Assembly (NCBI GenBank): GCA_036268595.1
Contig: DATATW010000063.1
Coordinates: 37,486-101,485 of the forward strand
Source: Terriglobales bacterium
GTDB taxonomy: Bacteria; Acidobacteriota; Terriglobia; Terriglobales; Acidobacteriaceae
Length of the DNA: 64,000 nucleotides
Direction of reading: 5' to 3'
A model generated the notes under the pieces. That model was not told where the DNA came from and ran no database searches. It saw nothing but the letters and a program-made list of their open reading frames with translations. Made by a program: the position numbers and the translations under genes. Shown piece by piece: positions 9,465 through 17,988 of this stretch. The first letter of the stretch is position 1. Every line of letters begins with the position of its first letter.

Positions 9465-9683
9465 ATGAGTTCCATGAACTCCCACATCCACATGCTGATT
9501 TGCCCCGAACATGGGGAGGTTCCATGCCCTGTTTGCGCTGGAACGGTCGGCGGCGCAAAGGGCAAGAAGTACGGACATCTCGGCGGTCGCGCTGCGGCGA
9601 AGGGAATGACTGCGAAGCAGCGTAGGGCCAGGGCCATCAAAGCTGCTCGGTCCCGCTGGCAGAAAAAGAAAAAGCCGAAGTGA
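9465..9683 (+). CDS. Small zinc-ribbon / basic-tail protein
   Basis: It has the Cys pairs 'CPEHG...CPVC' and a basic tail, 'AAKGMTAKQRRARAIKAARSRWQKKKKPK', typical of small mobile-element proteins. The start is uncertain, with an alternative ATG at 9492. Confidence 0.45.
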   Translation: MSSMNSHIHMLICPEHGEVPCPVCAGTVGGAKGKKYGHLGGRAAAKGMTAKQRRARAIKAARSRWQKKKKPK

Positions 9684-9687
9684 TTGC

Positions 9688-9918
9688 TCACCTCGGCTCT
9701 CCATCTTGACTAGTTAATTGCTGGTGTACAGATCGAACGATACGGGCAGGAATACGAATGCTTTCGTATTTCCGCTTCTTGCGCTGCTCAGGGCGGACGA
9801 TCCTGAGGACGCCTGGGACATCGGCAAACACACTTCGGACGGTCGCTCTGGATAGATGCCAGAGTTCTGCGATTTCCGAGATTGTGAAGTGTTGTTCTGT
9901 TTCGACTGGCTGCGACAC
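9688..9918 (-). CDS. Excisionase-family / MerR-type helix-turn-helix DNA-binding protein
   Basis: 'FTISEIAELWHLSRATVRSVF...IRIPARIV' fits the Xis/AlpA-type HTH pattern. It is 76 aa and adjacent to the putative att side at ssrA. Confidence 0.65.
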   Translation of the reverse strand: MSQPVETEQHFTISEIAELWHLSRATVRSVFADVPGVLRIVRPEQRKKRKYESIRIPARIVRSVHQQLTSQDGEPR

Positions 9919-10224
9919 CGAGAAATCCCCTTATCGAGATTTCCCCTGGCGCAGTGTTCCGAACATTAGGGATGTGCCGACGTTACGCGGTTACGTCCTC
10001 GCTCGGCGGGTAGATTCCGCCTCTGGGTGTCAAGCTAGGCAGGTATGAAACTTTCACCGTAGTGCTGCCATGCGACCCAGGCCTTTTCTTTCGTCGGCCT
10101 AGCTCAATCCTCCCACGCGGAGACCTCGGAATGCAACAGGCAAGATTTGTCAGTCTCGTGTGTACACAGCGTGTACACCGCTACGGAGCTTATCTAACGT
10201 ATGCATAAACATTGAGGAAAGTGA

Positions 10225-10592
10225 TGGTGGAGGCGGCGGGAGTCGAACCCGCGTCCGAAAATGTTACTGGTCAAGAGACTACATGCTTATTCTCGTTCAT
10301 GCCCTTGGCATTACCCAAAGACGTTCGCGACCGCCGCTCAGAACGGACAAGAAACGGATGCCGCTAGCCTGAAGTCTTAACCTCTCTGCCCAGACGTAGC
10401 AGAGAAGAGCAGCCCGCTGTGTGACGTCCGCTCGCAGCCCACGGGCGAAGCTGCGGAAGACGGCAACTTAATTAATTAAGCTGCGTATGCCATCTGTTGA
10501 TTGGCAATTATCATTTTGCCCACGATTACAGGTGCGAGCACCCTGGCATGCCTCTTGGCCGCAAGCATCTCCGTCGAAGCCGTGACGCCCCC
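10225..10592 (-). ncRNA. ssrA: tmRNA (transfer-messenger RNA)
   Basis: The reverse complement begins 'GGGGGCGTCACGGCTTCGACGG' and ends 'GCGGGTTCGACTCCCGCCGCCTCCACCA'. The 7-bp acceptor stem has a G3:U wobble. The internal tag ORF is 'GCC AAT CAA CAG ATG GCA TAC GCA GCT TAA' (ANQQMAYAA). Confidence 0.93.
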
Positions 10593-10738
10593 AATTTGGG
10601 ATGGACCATTCAAAGAACTGCTTCCAATCTTAGTAGAACAAGAAGGGAAGTCAATGTACCTAAAGAATTAGATGCGGTGGGGTGGGGCCGAGAACCAGGT
10701 TGCCCACCCCCCGCTTGAAATGCGTTTGCACCCCACTT

Positions 10739-12598
10739 CTATTGAAATTGAAACCAGTTGATGTTCCCAATGGGTGGGGTTCCCTTAAAAACCAGATACA
10801 AATCATGCACGCCATTTGCTCCGGTAATAGCCGCGGAAACGGTCGTCCAGTTCTGCCATCCGCCGGTAACCGGCAAAGTCGCAGTGCCTAGCAAAGTTCC
10901 GCTGACACTGTCTTGGTGGAGTTCGATCGTTCCTCCATTCCCGGCGCTAGCGGTCCTCACGTTGACGCTGCTCACTCCTGAACCGAAGTTTATGTTCTTG
11001 AAATGTATCCAGGAGCCGTTGTTGATGTAACCAACATCGTAGCCGCCGCCGGTATCAGAAGTTGTTTCGGTTTCGATTCCCGACTCGTCGTTGTAGCTCG
11101 AAGCCTGAATCTGCGAAGTCGCGGGGACCAGGTATTCGTGCCTCTGAAAACCGTCCCAGGTAAATGTTGCGCCCGAGAATCCCGGCAGCGAATAATTGAA
11201 AGCATGCCCACCCCAGACCGCCTGGAACGGCTGAGCCTGGCTGGTGTCGTTGTAGACCACCAGCACCTTCGAACCGTCGGGATTTCGGAAGGCAGCGCTG
11301 ACAAATCCGGGAGCATTGCTTGAGTAAACTCGCCGTGCTCCCGGAAGCACGAACTTGCTGTATTGACCGAGAGTGAAGTAATCGATGTCATAAGTAATCG
11401 CACCCGTAGTCTGATTCACGGTAACGAGTGGAGTGCAGGTGCCGCAGCCCCCAGTGTGCGGACCACGATTTTCGTCAAGTGCAAGGCTCCATTTCACATA
11501 TGACTTTCCCCAATTCCTCATTACCTGTGTGATCTCTTCGAAGTCCGATCTCACCTGATCAGAAATCCATGTGCCTCCAGAATGCTCGGTTTCGTACTCG
11601 CCCAGGGCCGGAAAAGCCTGCTGTACCGCACTCATTGCTCCCGGCGTGCCGCCATATCCGTGCCATGCAATGCCCGCAATTTGTCTCGAACCGGCGATTT
11701 GCGAATTCGAGAGCACGGTCTCGGGATAATCCGGCCGGTCCCAATTGTGGTCGTATATCAGGATCTTCGTGTTCAGCTTGGCATTCGCGAGTGCGGCCAA
11801 TTCGTACTGGATCGCCGTGGTCTCATCTGTTGGGGACGTTCCGCAAGTTGTATCGCTCACATTTGCCGGCATGCACATTCCCGGGTAATCGCCTGGCATG
11901 TACAGCGGTTCGTTCTGCATGGAAATGTAATCGATGTGTATTCCTTGCGCCTCATAGGCCTGAATATATTTCACAAAATAGTTGGAGAACGGCCCGTAGT
12001 CAGAAGAAAGCAGGAAGCCACCGATCATGGAGTCCGAAGTCTTCATCCAGCCGGGAGGACTCCACGGATTGGCCATGATTTTGAGCTGCGGGTTAATTCT
12101 TTTTGCCAGTTTGACCAGCGGAACAATGTCGACCAGATCATGTGCGATGGAAAAGTGTGCCAGCGTCGCGTCGGTCTGTCCTGCTGGAAGATCGTCATAG
12201 GAATAGTCGTAGCGCGTGATGTCCGCAGCTCCCATCGGATTGCGGACGAAACTTACTCCAATCCCGCTCCAATGATCGAAGAGGCTTCTCATCACCCGGT
12301 CCCGCTGAGAAGGGCGGACTTTTTCATTCAGCAGATAAGCCGCAGAGTCGGTGAAAGACGCGCCGAATCCTTCAATGGTTTGATAGTTCTCTCTCTCATC
12401 CACAAACACGGTAGGCGTACCGTGCTGGGTTCTGAAAGAAAATGAAATCGGCCGTCGTGGTTGCAACTTCGTTTGCTGATCGTCGGTGGTCATCCATACT
12501 TTGACCTGCTGGGCAGAGCTAAGGCTCGGACAAGCGATCATTGCCATCACTATCAGAGCAGAAACGGTAAAGGGAAATCTCTTATTACTTCGTAGCAT
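10739..12598 (-). CDS. Secreted glycoside hydrolase family 30 with C-terminal CBM6-like module
   Basis: GH30 motifs 'IEGFGASFTDSAAYLL' and 'SMQNEP' are present. The C-terminal ~130 aa, 'GYINNGSWIHFKNINFG...GGWQNWTT...INWFQF', are CBM6-like. I place the start at the ATG at 12598 (signal peptide 'MLRSNKRFPFTVSALIVMAMIACPSLSSAQQ', AAGGAGG upstream) rather than at 12781. Confidence 0.85.
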   Translation of the reverse strand: MLRSNKRFPFTVSALIVMAMIACPSLSSAQQVKVWMTTDDQQTKLQPRRPISFSFRTQHGTPTVFVDERENYQTIEGFGASFTDSAAYLLNEKVRPSQRDRVMRSLFDHWSGIGVSFVRNPMGAADITRYDYSYDDLPAGQTDATLAHFSIAHDLVDIVPLVKLAKRINPQLKIMANPWSPPGWMKTSDSMIGGFLLSSDYGPFSNYFVKYIQAYEAQGIHIDYISMQNEPLYMPGDYPGMCMPANVSDTTCGTSPTDETTAIQYELAALANAKLNTKILIYDHNWDRPDYPETVLSNSQIAGSRQIAGIAWHGYGGTPGAMSAVQQAFPALGEYETEHSGGTWISDQVRSDFEEITQVMRNWGKSYVKWSLALDENRGPHTGGCGTCTPLVTVNQTTGAITYDIDYFTLGQYSKFVLPGARRVYSSNAPGFVSAAFRNPDGSKVLVVYNDTSQAQPFQAVWGGHAFNYSLPGFSGATFTWDGFQRHEYLVPATSQIQASSYNDESGIETETTSDTGGGYDVGYINNGSWIHFKNINFGSGVSSVNVRTASAGNGGTIELHQDSVSGTLLGTATLPVTGGWQNWTTVSAAITGANGVHDLYLVFKGTPPIGNINWFQFQ

Positions 12599-12922
12599 TG
12601 ACCTGACCTCCTTCGTATCCTTCAAAACGCGCTCATCAGCAAGTTTCAAGTGCTGGCACCCGGGCGAACGGGAATGTTCTTGCAAGTAGGGAAAAGCCTG
12701 GGGCTGCACGCCCAAGCTGTGGTATCGAGAACCAAACTCGATCAGGAGCACATTGCTTCTGGCCCAACAAATTAGCTTCAATACAGCTACCTGTCAAAGC
12801 GTAAAAACCTGTAGATTAACGATTTTTAAATGGTAGAAGCGACACCCGCAATGCGTGTAAGGACTATGGTAATCCTGCGGGCAACGGCCAACCCGCGATG
12901 AGCGCTGAATGCATCCTAGCGG

Positions 12923-13417
12923 CTATTCCCCCATCTCAATTCCCACTTCACGATGCCATTCTGAATCGTGTTTTGAGTGCAGCAGGCGGGCGCAGCGGTT
13001 CCAGCGGAGGATGGCGTCGTCGTTGCCGGTCGGGCGAATGCGTTCGGCTTCTTCGTAGTGGTGCATTGCGTCTTCGAGCAATACGGTTACGGTGTGTGCC
13101 GGACGGCCAGCGCGTAACTGGGCTTTAGCGCGCCGTTCGTGCACAAGTCCGATGTAGTAAAGCCGCTCGTAGGCATCGGTGAGTTGCTGGAAGGCTTTTT
13201 CTGCGTCAGCGTAGCGGTCGGAACCCTCGCCGGTAAATTGGTCTGTCAGCGACAGACCTAGGGTACGCAGCGCAAGTTGATGGCCCGATTGCACAGCGAG
13301 TACATCTTCGCAAATCGATTCCGCTTCCTCGGCTTGATTCAGAAAACGATAAACCTCGGCCTTAGAGAGAGCAGCGTCAATGCCTTCCGGAGAGATTGTT
13401 TTCAGTTTAAATTCCAT
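12923..13417 (-). CDS. Helical (TPR-like) hypothetical protein downstream of sdhB
   Basis: The 164-aa ORF has helical-repeat character and is co-oriented with the sdh genes. I recognised no specific family. Confidence 0.5.
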   Translation of the reverse strand: MEFKLKTISPEGIDAALSKAEVYRFLNQAEEAESICEDVLAVQSGHQLALRTLGLSLTDQFTGEGSDRYADAEKAFQQLTDAYERLYYIGLVHERRAKAQLRAGRPAHTVTVLLEDAMHHYEEAERIRPTGNDDAILRWNRCARLLHSKHDSEWHREVGIEMGE

Positions 13418-13463
13418 ATGCCCTCCTCTGTGAAACTCTGTGGGACCTCGCCGCTCTCTGTGG

Positions 13464-14207
13464 TCAGCTTTTGGTTTGAGTACCGGTTATCTTCCTAACC
13501 AGCCGCAGCACCGGATCATAATATTCATCCACCACGCGTTCTTTCAGCGGAATGATGGCATTGTCGGTAATGTGAATTTCTTCAGGGCAGACCTCGGTGC
13601 AGCACTTTGTAATGTTGCACAGGCCCAATCCAAGTTCGCTTTTCAGAAGCCCTACTCGCGAGAGTCCGTCCAAAGGATGCATCTCTAACCCGGCGACTCT
13701 CACGAAAAAACGCGGGCCGCCAAATTGATCATGTTTGTCATGCTCGCGTAAAACGTGGCAGACGTTCTGGCATAGAAAGCACTCGATGCACTTGCGGAAT
13801 TCCTGGACGCGGTCTACATCTTCCTGCATAATCCGCCAGTCGGTTCCCGGGCGCGGCTTAAACGCAGGGATCTTCCGGTTCACTTTGTAGTTCCACGAAA
13901 CGTCAGTGACCAGGTCTTTAATTACAGGAAAAGATTTCATCGGCAGGATGGTGATGGGCTTGTCATGGGGCAGGGAATCCATGCGGGTCTTACAAGTGAG
14001 CCGCGGCCGTCCATTCACCTCCGCCGAGCACGATCCGCACTTGCCCGCTTTGCAGTTCCATCGCACTGCCAAGTCTGGCGCCTGGTGCTTTTGCACGTAG
14101 TGCAACGCGTCCAGCACCACCATGCCGGGCGTCAGCGGTATTTCGTAATCGGCAGTTTTGCCGCTGTCGCGATCGCCACGAAAAATTCTCAGCACCACGT
14201 TCGGCAT
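13464..14207 (-). CDS. sdhB: Succinate dehydrogenase / fumarate reductase iron-sulfur subunit
   Basis: Cys clusters 'CKAGKCGSCSAEVNGRPRLTC', 'CIECFLCQNVC' and 'CNITKCCTEVCP' are present, and the gene abuts sdhA. Confidence 0.92.
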   Translation of the reverse strand: MPNVVLRIFRGDRDSGKTADYEIPLTPGMVVLDALHYVQKHQAPDLAVRWNCKAGKCGSCSAEVNGRPRLTCKTRMDSLPHDKPITILPMKSFPVIKDLVTDVSWNYKVNRKIPAFKPRPGTDWRIMQEDVDRVQEFRKCIECFLCQNVCHVLREHDKHDQFGGPRFFVRVAGLEMHPLDGLSRVGLLKSELGLGLCNITKCCTEVCPEEIHITDNAIIPLKERVVDEYYDPVLRLVRKITGTQTKS

Positions 14208-15950
14208 TTAGGCTTTCGCTCCTTTTTCAGCCTCAATCAGCTTCTGCAGTTCCTCCGGAGGTTGAGCAGTGGGCCGCTGCTGCAAAACCATCTCGTTGCC
14301 GCGACGCGAAATAATGTTGTTCTGCTTTCCCCAGGCGGGATCGTAGTTCGGAAAGTCTATCCGGCTGTGAGCGCCGCGGCTTTCTTTTCGCGCCAGCGCA
14401 GAACGAGTGACCGCCTCAGAGACCGTCAACATAGACTTCAGGTCAGCGCACAAATGCCATCCCGGGTTAAACATCCTTGAGCCAGTGATGCTGAGTCCCT
14501 GTGCGCGCTCGTTGAGCTGAGCTATCGTTCCCAAGGCAGAGTGAAGGTCTTCCTCAGTCCGAAAAATTCCCACGAGATTTTGCATGATTTGCTGAAGGTC
14601 TTCGTGCAGCATATACGGATTTTCGCTTGTCTTGCGCTCAAATGGTGCGAGTGCTTCGCGTTCGGCGGCGTTGATTTGATCTGGATCAATCGCTCTAGCA
14701 TCTTGTTTCTTGGCCTGTTCAGCCGCGGCCAGACCTGCGCGACGTCCGAAAACTAAAAGGTCCGAAAGCGAATTTCCGCCGAGACGATTTGCCCCGTGCA
14801 ATCCAGCGGCAACTTCGCCCGCCGCGAACAATCCGGGAACAGTCGTGGCCGCGGTCTCGGCCTCCACTCGAACTCCGCCCATCATGTAGTGACAGGTCGG
14901 GCCAACTTCCATCGGCCCCTTCGTTATGTCGACGTCCGCCAGTTCCAGAAACTGGTGATACATGCTCGGCAGCTTGCGCTTCACATACTCTGCAGGCTTT
15001 TGCGAGATGTCGAGATACGCGCCGCCGTGCTCGGTGCCGCGCCCTTCTTTTACTTCAGTGTAAATGGCGCGGGCAACTACGTCGCGCGTAGAAAGTTCCA
15101 TCCGCTTGGGATCATACTTCTCCATGAAGCGCTCGCCATTTTTATTGCGCAGTATGCCGCCTTCGCCGCGAACCGCTTCGGTTACGAGTAATCCTTGAAC
15201 TCCGGGCGGCCACACCATGCCGGTGGGATGAAACTGCACAAATTCCATATCCATTAATTCTGCACCGGCTTCGTATGCCAGCGCCATTCCGTCGCCGGTA
15301 TACTCCCAGGAGTTCGAAGTAATCGGCCAGGCCTTGCCGATTCCGCCGGTCGCCAGCACAATCGATTTCGCTTTGAATACCACGAAGCGCCCGTTCTCAC
15401 GCCAGTAGCCGAATGCGCCGGATACGCGGCCGTTATCCGTGAGCAGGCGGGTCACGGTGCATTCCATGTAAACATCGATTCCCATCTGCACGCCGCGATC
15501 CTGCAACGTGCGGATCATCTCGAGGCCAGTACGATCGCCCACATGGCATAGCCTCTTGAAACTGTGGCCGCCGAATGCGCGCTGCAGGATACGACCGTCA
15601 TCGGTGCGGTCGAAGAGCGCGCCCCATTGCTCGAGTTCGCGCACGCGATCGGGCGCTTCCTGGGCGTGGAGTTGCGCCATGCGCCAGTTGTTCAGGAATT
15701 TGCCGCCGCGCATGGTGTCGCCGAAGTGGGTGCGCCAGTCGTCGGCTGCATCCACGTTGGCCATCGCTGCAGCAATTCCGCCTTCGGCCATTACGGTGTG
15801 GGCCTTGCCGAGAAGCGACTTGCAGACTATTCCAACATTGGCCCCGTGAGATAGAGCCTCGATGGCCGCGCGCAGGCCGGCTCCGCCCGCGCCGGTGATC
15901 AGGACATCGTGCTCGTGGGTTTCAAATTTGCCGTTCACCGGATTCGTCAC
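14208..15950 (-). CDS. sdhA: Succinate dehydrogenase / fumarate reductase flavoprotein subunit
   Basis: FAD-binding 'DVLITGAGGAGLRAAIEA', 'HPTGM', 'RGEGGILRN' and 'HGANRLGGNSL' are present. Size is 580 aa. Confidence 0.95.
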   Translation of the reverse strand: MTNPVNGKFETHEHDVLITGAGGAGLRAAIEALSHGANVGIVCKSLLGKAHTVMAEGGIAAAMANVDAADDWRTHFGDTMRGGKFLNNWRMAQLHAQEAPDRVRELEQWGALFDRTDDGRILQRAFGGHSFKRLCHVGDRTGLEMIRTLQDRGVQMGIDVYMECTVTRLLTDNGRVSGAFGYWRENGRFVVFKAKSIVLATGGIGKAWPITSNSWEYTGDGMALAYEAGAELMDMEFVQFHPTGMVWPPGVQGLLVTEAVRGEGGILRNKNGERFMEKYDPKRMELSTRDVVARAIYTEVKEGRGTEHGGAYLDISQKPAEYVKRKLPSMYHQFLELADVDITKGPMEVGPTCHYMMGGVRVEAETAATTVPGLFAAGEVAAGLHGANRLGGNSLSDLLVFGRRAGLAAAEQAKKQDARAIDPDQINAAEREALAPFERKTSENPYMLHEDLQQIMQNLVGIFRTEEDLHSALGTIAQLNERAQGLSITGSRMFNPGWHLCADLKSMLTVSEAVTRSALARKESRGAHSRIDFPNYDPAWGKQNNIISRRGNEMVLQQRPTAQPPEELQKLIEAEKGAKA

Positions 15951-16687
15951 AGGATTCGCAGGTCCCTGATGGCGCCGCTGGCAACCAGGCGCACATAAAA
16001 ATCAGCAAGTCCAACTGAGAAGAGGCTCATCCAGGCAAACAGCATATGGTGATTGTTCAGGAAGCTCAAATCTTTCCAGGTGGAATGGCGTACGCCGCCG
16101 AACTTCACACACGAAAAACAGTCAACGTTGCCGCCAAACAAATGACGCACCGAATGACAGGAGCAGAAATACAGCGACAGCAGAATTACATTTACCAGCA
16201 ACACCAGCGTGCCTACGCCGATCCCGAATCCGCCGGGAAAGAAGAATGCGGCGATTGCGTCGTGCCAGAGGAACGCCAGAAAAATGACTGCGATATACAT
16301 AAAATATCGGTGGATGTTTTGCAGAATGAAAGGGAAGCGGGTCTCGCCGGTATAGTTGCGCTTTCGCTCGGGTACGGCGCACCCGGGCGGATCCAAGAAG
16401 AACGCGCGGTAATAAGCTTTTCGATAGTAGTAGCAAGTGGCGCGAAAACCCAGCGGGCCGCCAAGAATTAATAGCGCCGGAGAATACGGCCAGTAGTGAT
16501 GATGCACATCAATCAGCGGAGAATAAAAAGGAGAGAGATAAGGCGCGGCCCAGAAGAATGCCCCTTCAAAGGCCCGCCAGGTCGCATACACCGAGAACCC
16601 ACCCAATACCACGACGACAGGAACAATTTGTGTCCACCAGGAACCCGAACCGGCTGCCTGATACGCGGTTTGCGAAGCAGAGGCCAT
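15947..16687 (-). CDS. sdhC: Succinate dehydrogenase membrane (cytochrome b) subunit, single-polypeptide multi-TM type
   Basis: The 246-aa protein is hydrophobic with several TM helices and conserved His residues. It overlaps the sdhA start by 4 nt. Confidence 0.75.
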   Translation of the reverse strand: MASASQTAYQAAGSGSWWTQIVPVVVVLGGFSVYATWRAFEGAFFWAAPYLSPFYSPLIDVHHHYWPYSPALLILGGPLGFRATCYYYRKAYYRAFFLDPPGCAVPERKRNYTGETRFPFILQNIHRYFMYIAVIFLAFLWHDAIAAFFFPGGFGIGVGTLVLLVNVILLSLYFCSCHSVRHLFGGNVDCFSCVKFGGVRHSTWKDLSFLNNHHMLFAWMSLFSVGLADFYVRLVASGAIRDLRIL

Positions 16688-16816
16688 GATCCTTCCGATC
16701 CTGAAAAAATTTAATTTCGAGTACTCAGCCCAATCGCGAACCGAGCATTATAGTTCGATTCGAGAAAGCAAGGAGCGAGATTTTATTGCGCCTGCGAATG
16801 GTTTGGGCCGCGGCGG

Positions 16817-17839
16817 TTATTGCTTGCCGTTTTGATCTCCGGCCCCGTGCATGGCTCCGTCAATAGGACATAACGTCGGCGGCACGCTATTGTCCACGTG
16901 ATGAGTCACCGGCTTCACGGTTTTTAAGTATGCGAACATTGACGCCAGGTCTTGATCTGTCAGATTACGAAAAGCCACCCAAGGCATAGCATCGCTCAGT
17001 TCGCGTGCCCCCACGCTGCCGGTTCGCATAGCCTGAACAAATAACGCCTCATCATAGTAAGGAATGCCCGATGGATCAGGTGTGAGGTTTGAACTGGCCA
17101 CTTTTCCTGAAGGTAATGCAATGATTTGTCCACCGCTAAAATCCATCCCTGGAATTGGATTGTGATGATTGTCGACTGGAGTGTGGCAATCCGCGCAGCC
17201 AATCAAGTTCACCAGAAAAGCGCCTCGCTTTACAGGATCGGACAAATCAGGAAGCGGCACCGGAGCAGTAATTGGTTGAGGCGCATTGCGCATGAAATAT
17301 TTCACTGGGAAAATAATGTCGGTCTTTGCCAATCGATTTCGCACCGGAGGCAGGGAGCGCAAGTAGACCACGACCGAGGCTAAGTCTTCGTCTGGCATAG
17401 TTCGGTAATGCCCGTAGGGCATGATGGGGAACAGAGTGCGACCGTCGTGACCAATACCCTCACGAATTGCCCGGGCCAATGCATCGTCGCTCCAGCTTCC
17501 CGCACCGGTTTCTTTGTCCGGCGTGAGATTGGGCGCAATTATTCTACCGGGAAGATCGAGGTATGGCAGTTGTTGGCCGGCGCCCTGCATCCCGGCTGGT
17601 ATTGGCTCATCTCGCTTGCTTAAGTCGTGAGGCGAATGACAGTACAGGCAGCCCATCGAGTTCGCAATGTACTTGCCTCGTTCGATACGTCCGGGAGTGC
17701 TGGCGAATGTCTGCCCCGTAAGATCGCGTTTGCGTGGCCCTATGAAGGTGCGCAAACCAAAAATGTGCACCGCTACCGCAGCAACCACTATGATCAAACC
17801 ACCTAAAGCAATGAGTGCAATCTTGACCCCTTTTCGCAT
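16817..17839 (-). CDS. Membrane-anchored dihaem c-type cytochrome
   Basis: It has an N-terminal TM helix, two CxxCH motifs ('CLYCH', 'CADCH') and Met-ligand regions ('MPYGHY', 'MPWVAF'). Confidence 0.85.
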   Translation of the reverse strand: MRKGVKIALIALGGLIIVVAAVAVHIFGLRTFIGPRKRDLTGQTFASTPGRIERGKYIANSMGCLYCHSPHDLSKRDEPIPAGMQGAGQQLPYLDLPGRIIAPNLTPDKETGAGSWSDDALARAIREGIGHDGRTLFPIMPYGHYRTMPDEDLASVVVYLRSLPPVRNRLAKTDIIFPVKYFMRNAPQPITAPVPLPDLSDPVKRGAFLVNLIGCADCHTPVDNHHNPIPGMDFSGGQIIALPSGKVASSNLTPDPSGIPYYDEALFVQAMRTGSVGARELSDAMPWVAFRNLTDQDLASMFAYLKTVKPVTHHVDNSVPPTLCPIDGAMHGAGDQNGKQ

Positions 17840-17988
17840 CGTCGAGACCCCTCCCTTCGTAGGCGAAGGGAGAATTTATCAGCTTGGGAATCAAAGTCAA
17901 GTCCAACGAAAATTTAAGTAAGAGACGTTCTGATAGCGGCAGCCCACGCTACGGTTGTGAGTTCCTCAAGCGCGAGGCGATCTTGCGA

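Larger units (their letters stand above)
1..10224. mobile_element. Prophage / phage-derived region (tail-tip module plus small regulatory module) ending against the 3' end of ssrA
   Basis: It carries consecutive phage tail genes (DUF2163/BR0599, NlpC/P60, giant host-specificity protein) and a Xis-like HTH gene. It lies directly downstream of the tmRNA 3' end, a classical phage integration site. The left boundary is outside the window. Confidence 0.7.

Noticed and set aside
9758-10048. 96-aa plus-strand ORF between the Xis-like gene and ssrA.
   Set aside because: It overlaps the Xis-like gene antisense, and the remainder lies in the presumed att-adjacent non-coding DNA. It has no motif and no RBS.
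9919-10224. Integrase gene expected next to ssrA.
   Set aside because: There is no ORF of adequate length or tyrosine-recombinase motifs here, so none is reported.
11582-12445. 287-aa plus-strand ORF, with the overlapping ORF at 11569-12078.
   Set aside because: Both are antisense shadows of the GH30 gene.
12599-12781. N-terminal extension of the GH30 ORF (track ORF 10739-12781).
   Set aside because: The internal ATG at 12598 is preceded by AAGGAGG and begins a canonical signal peptide, whereas the extension has no such features.
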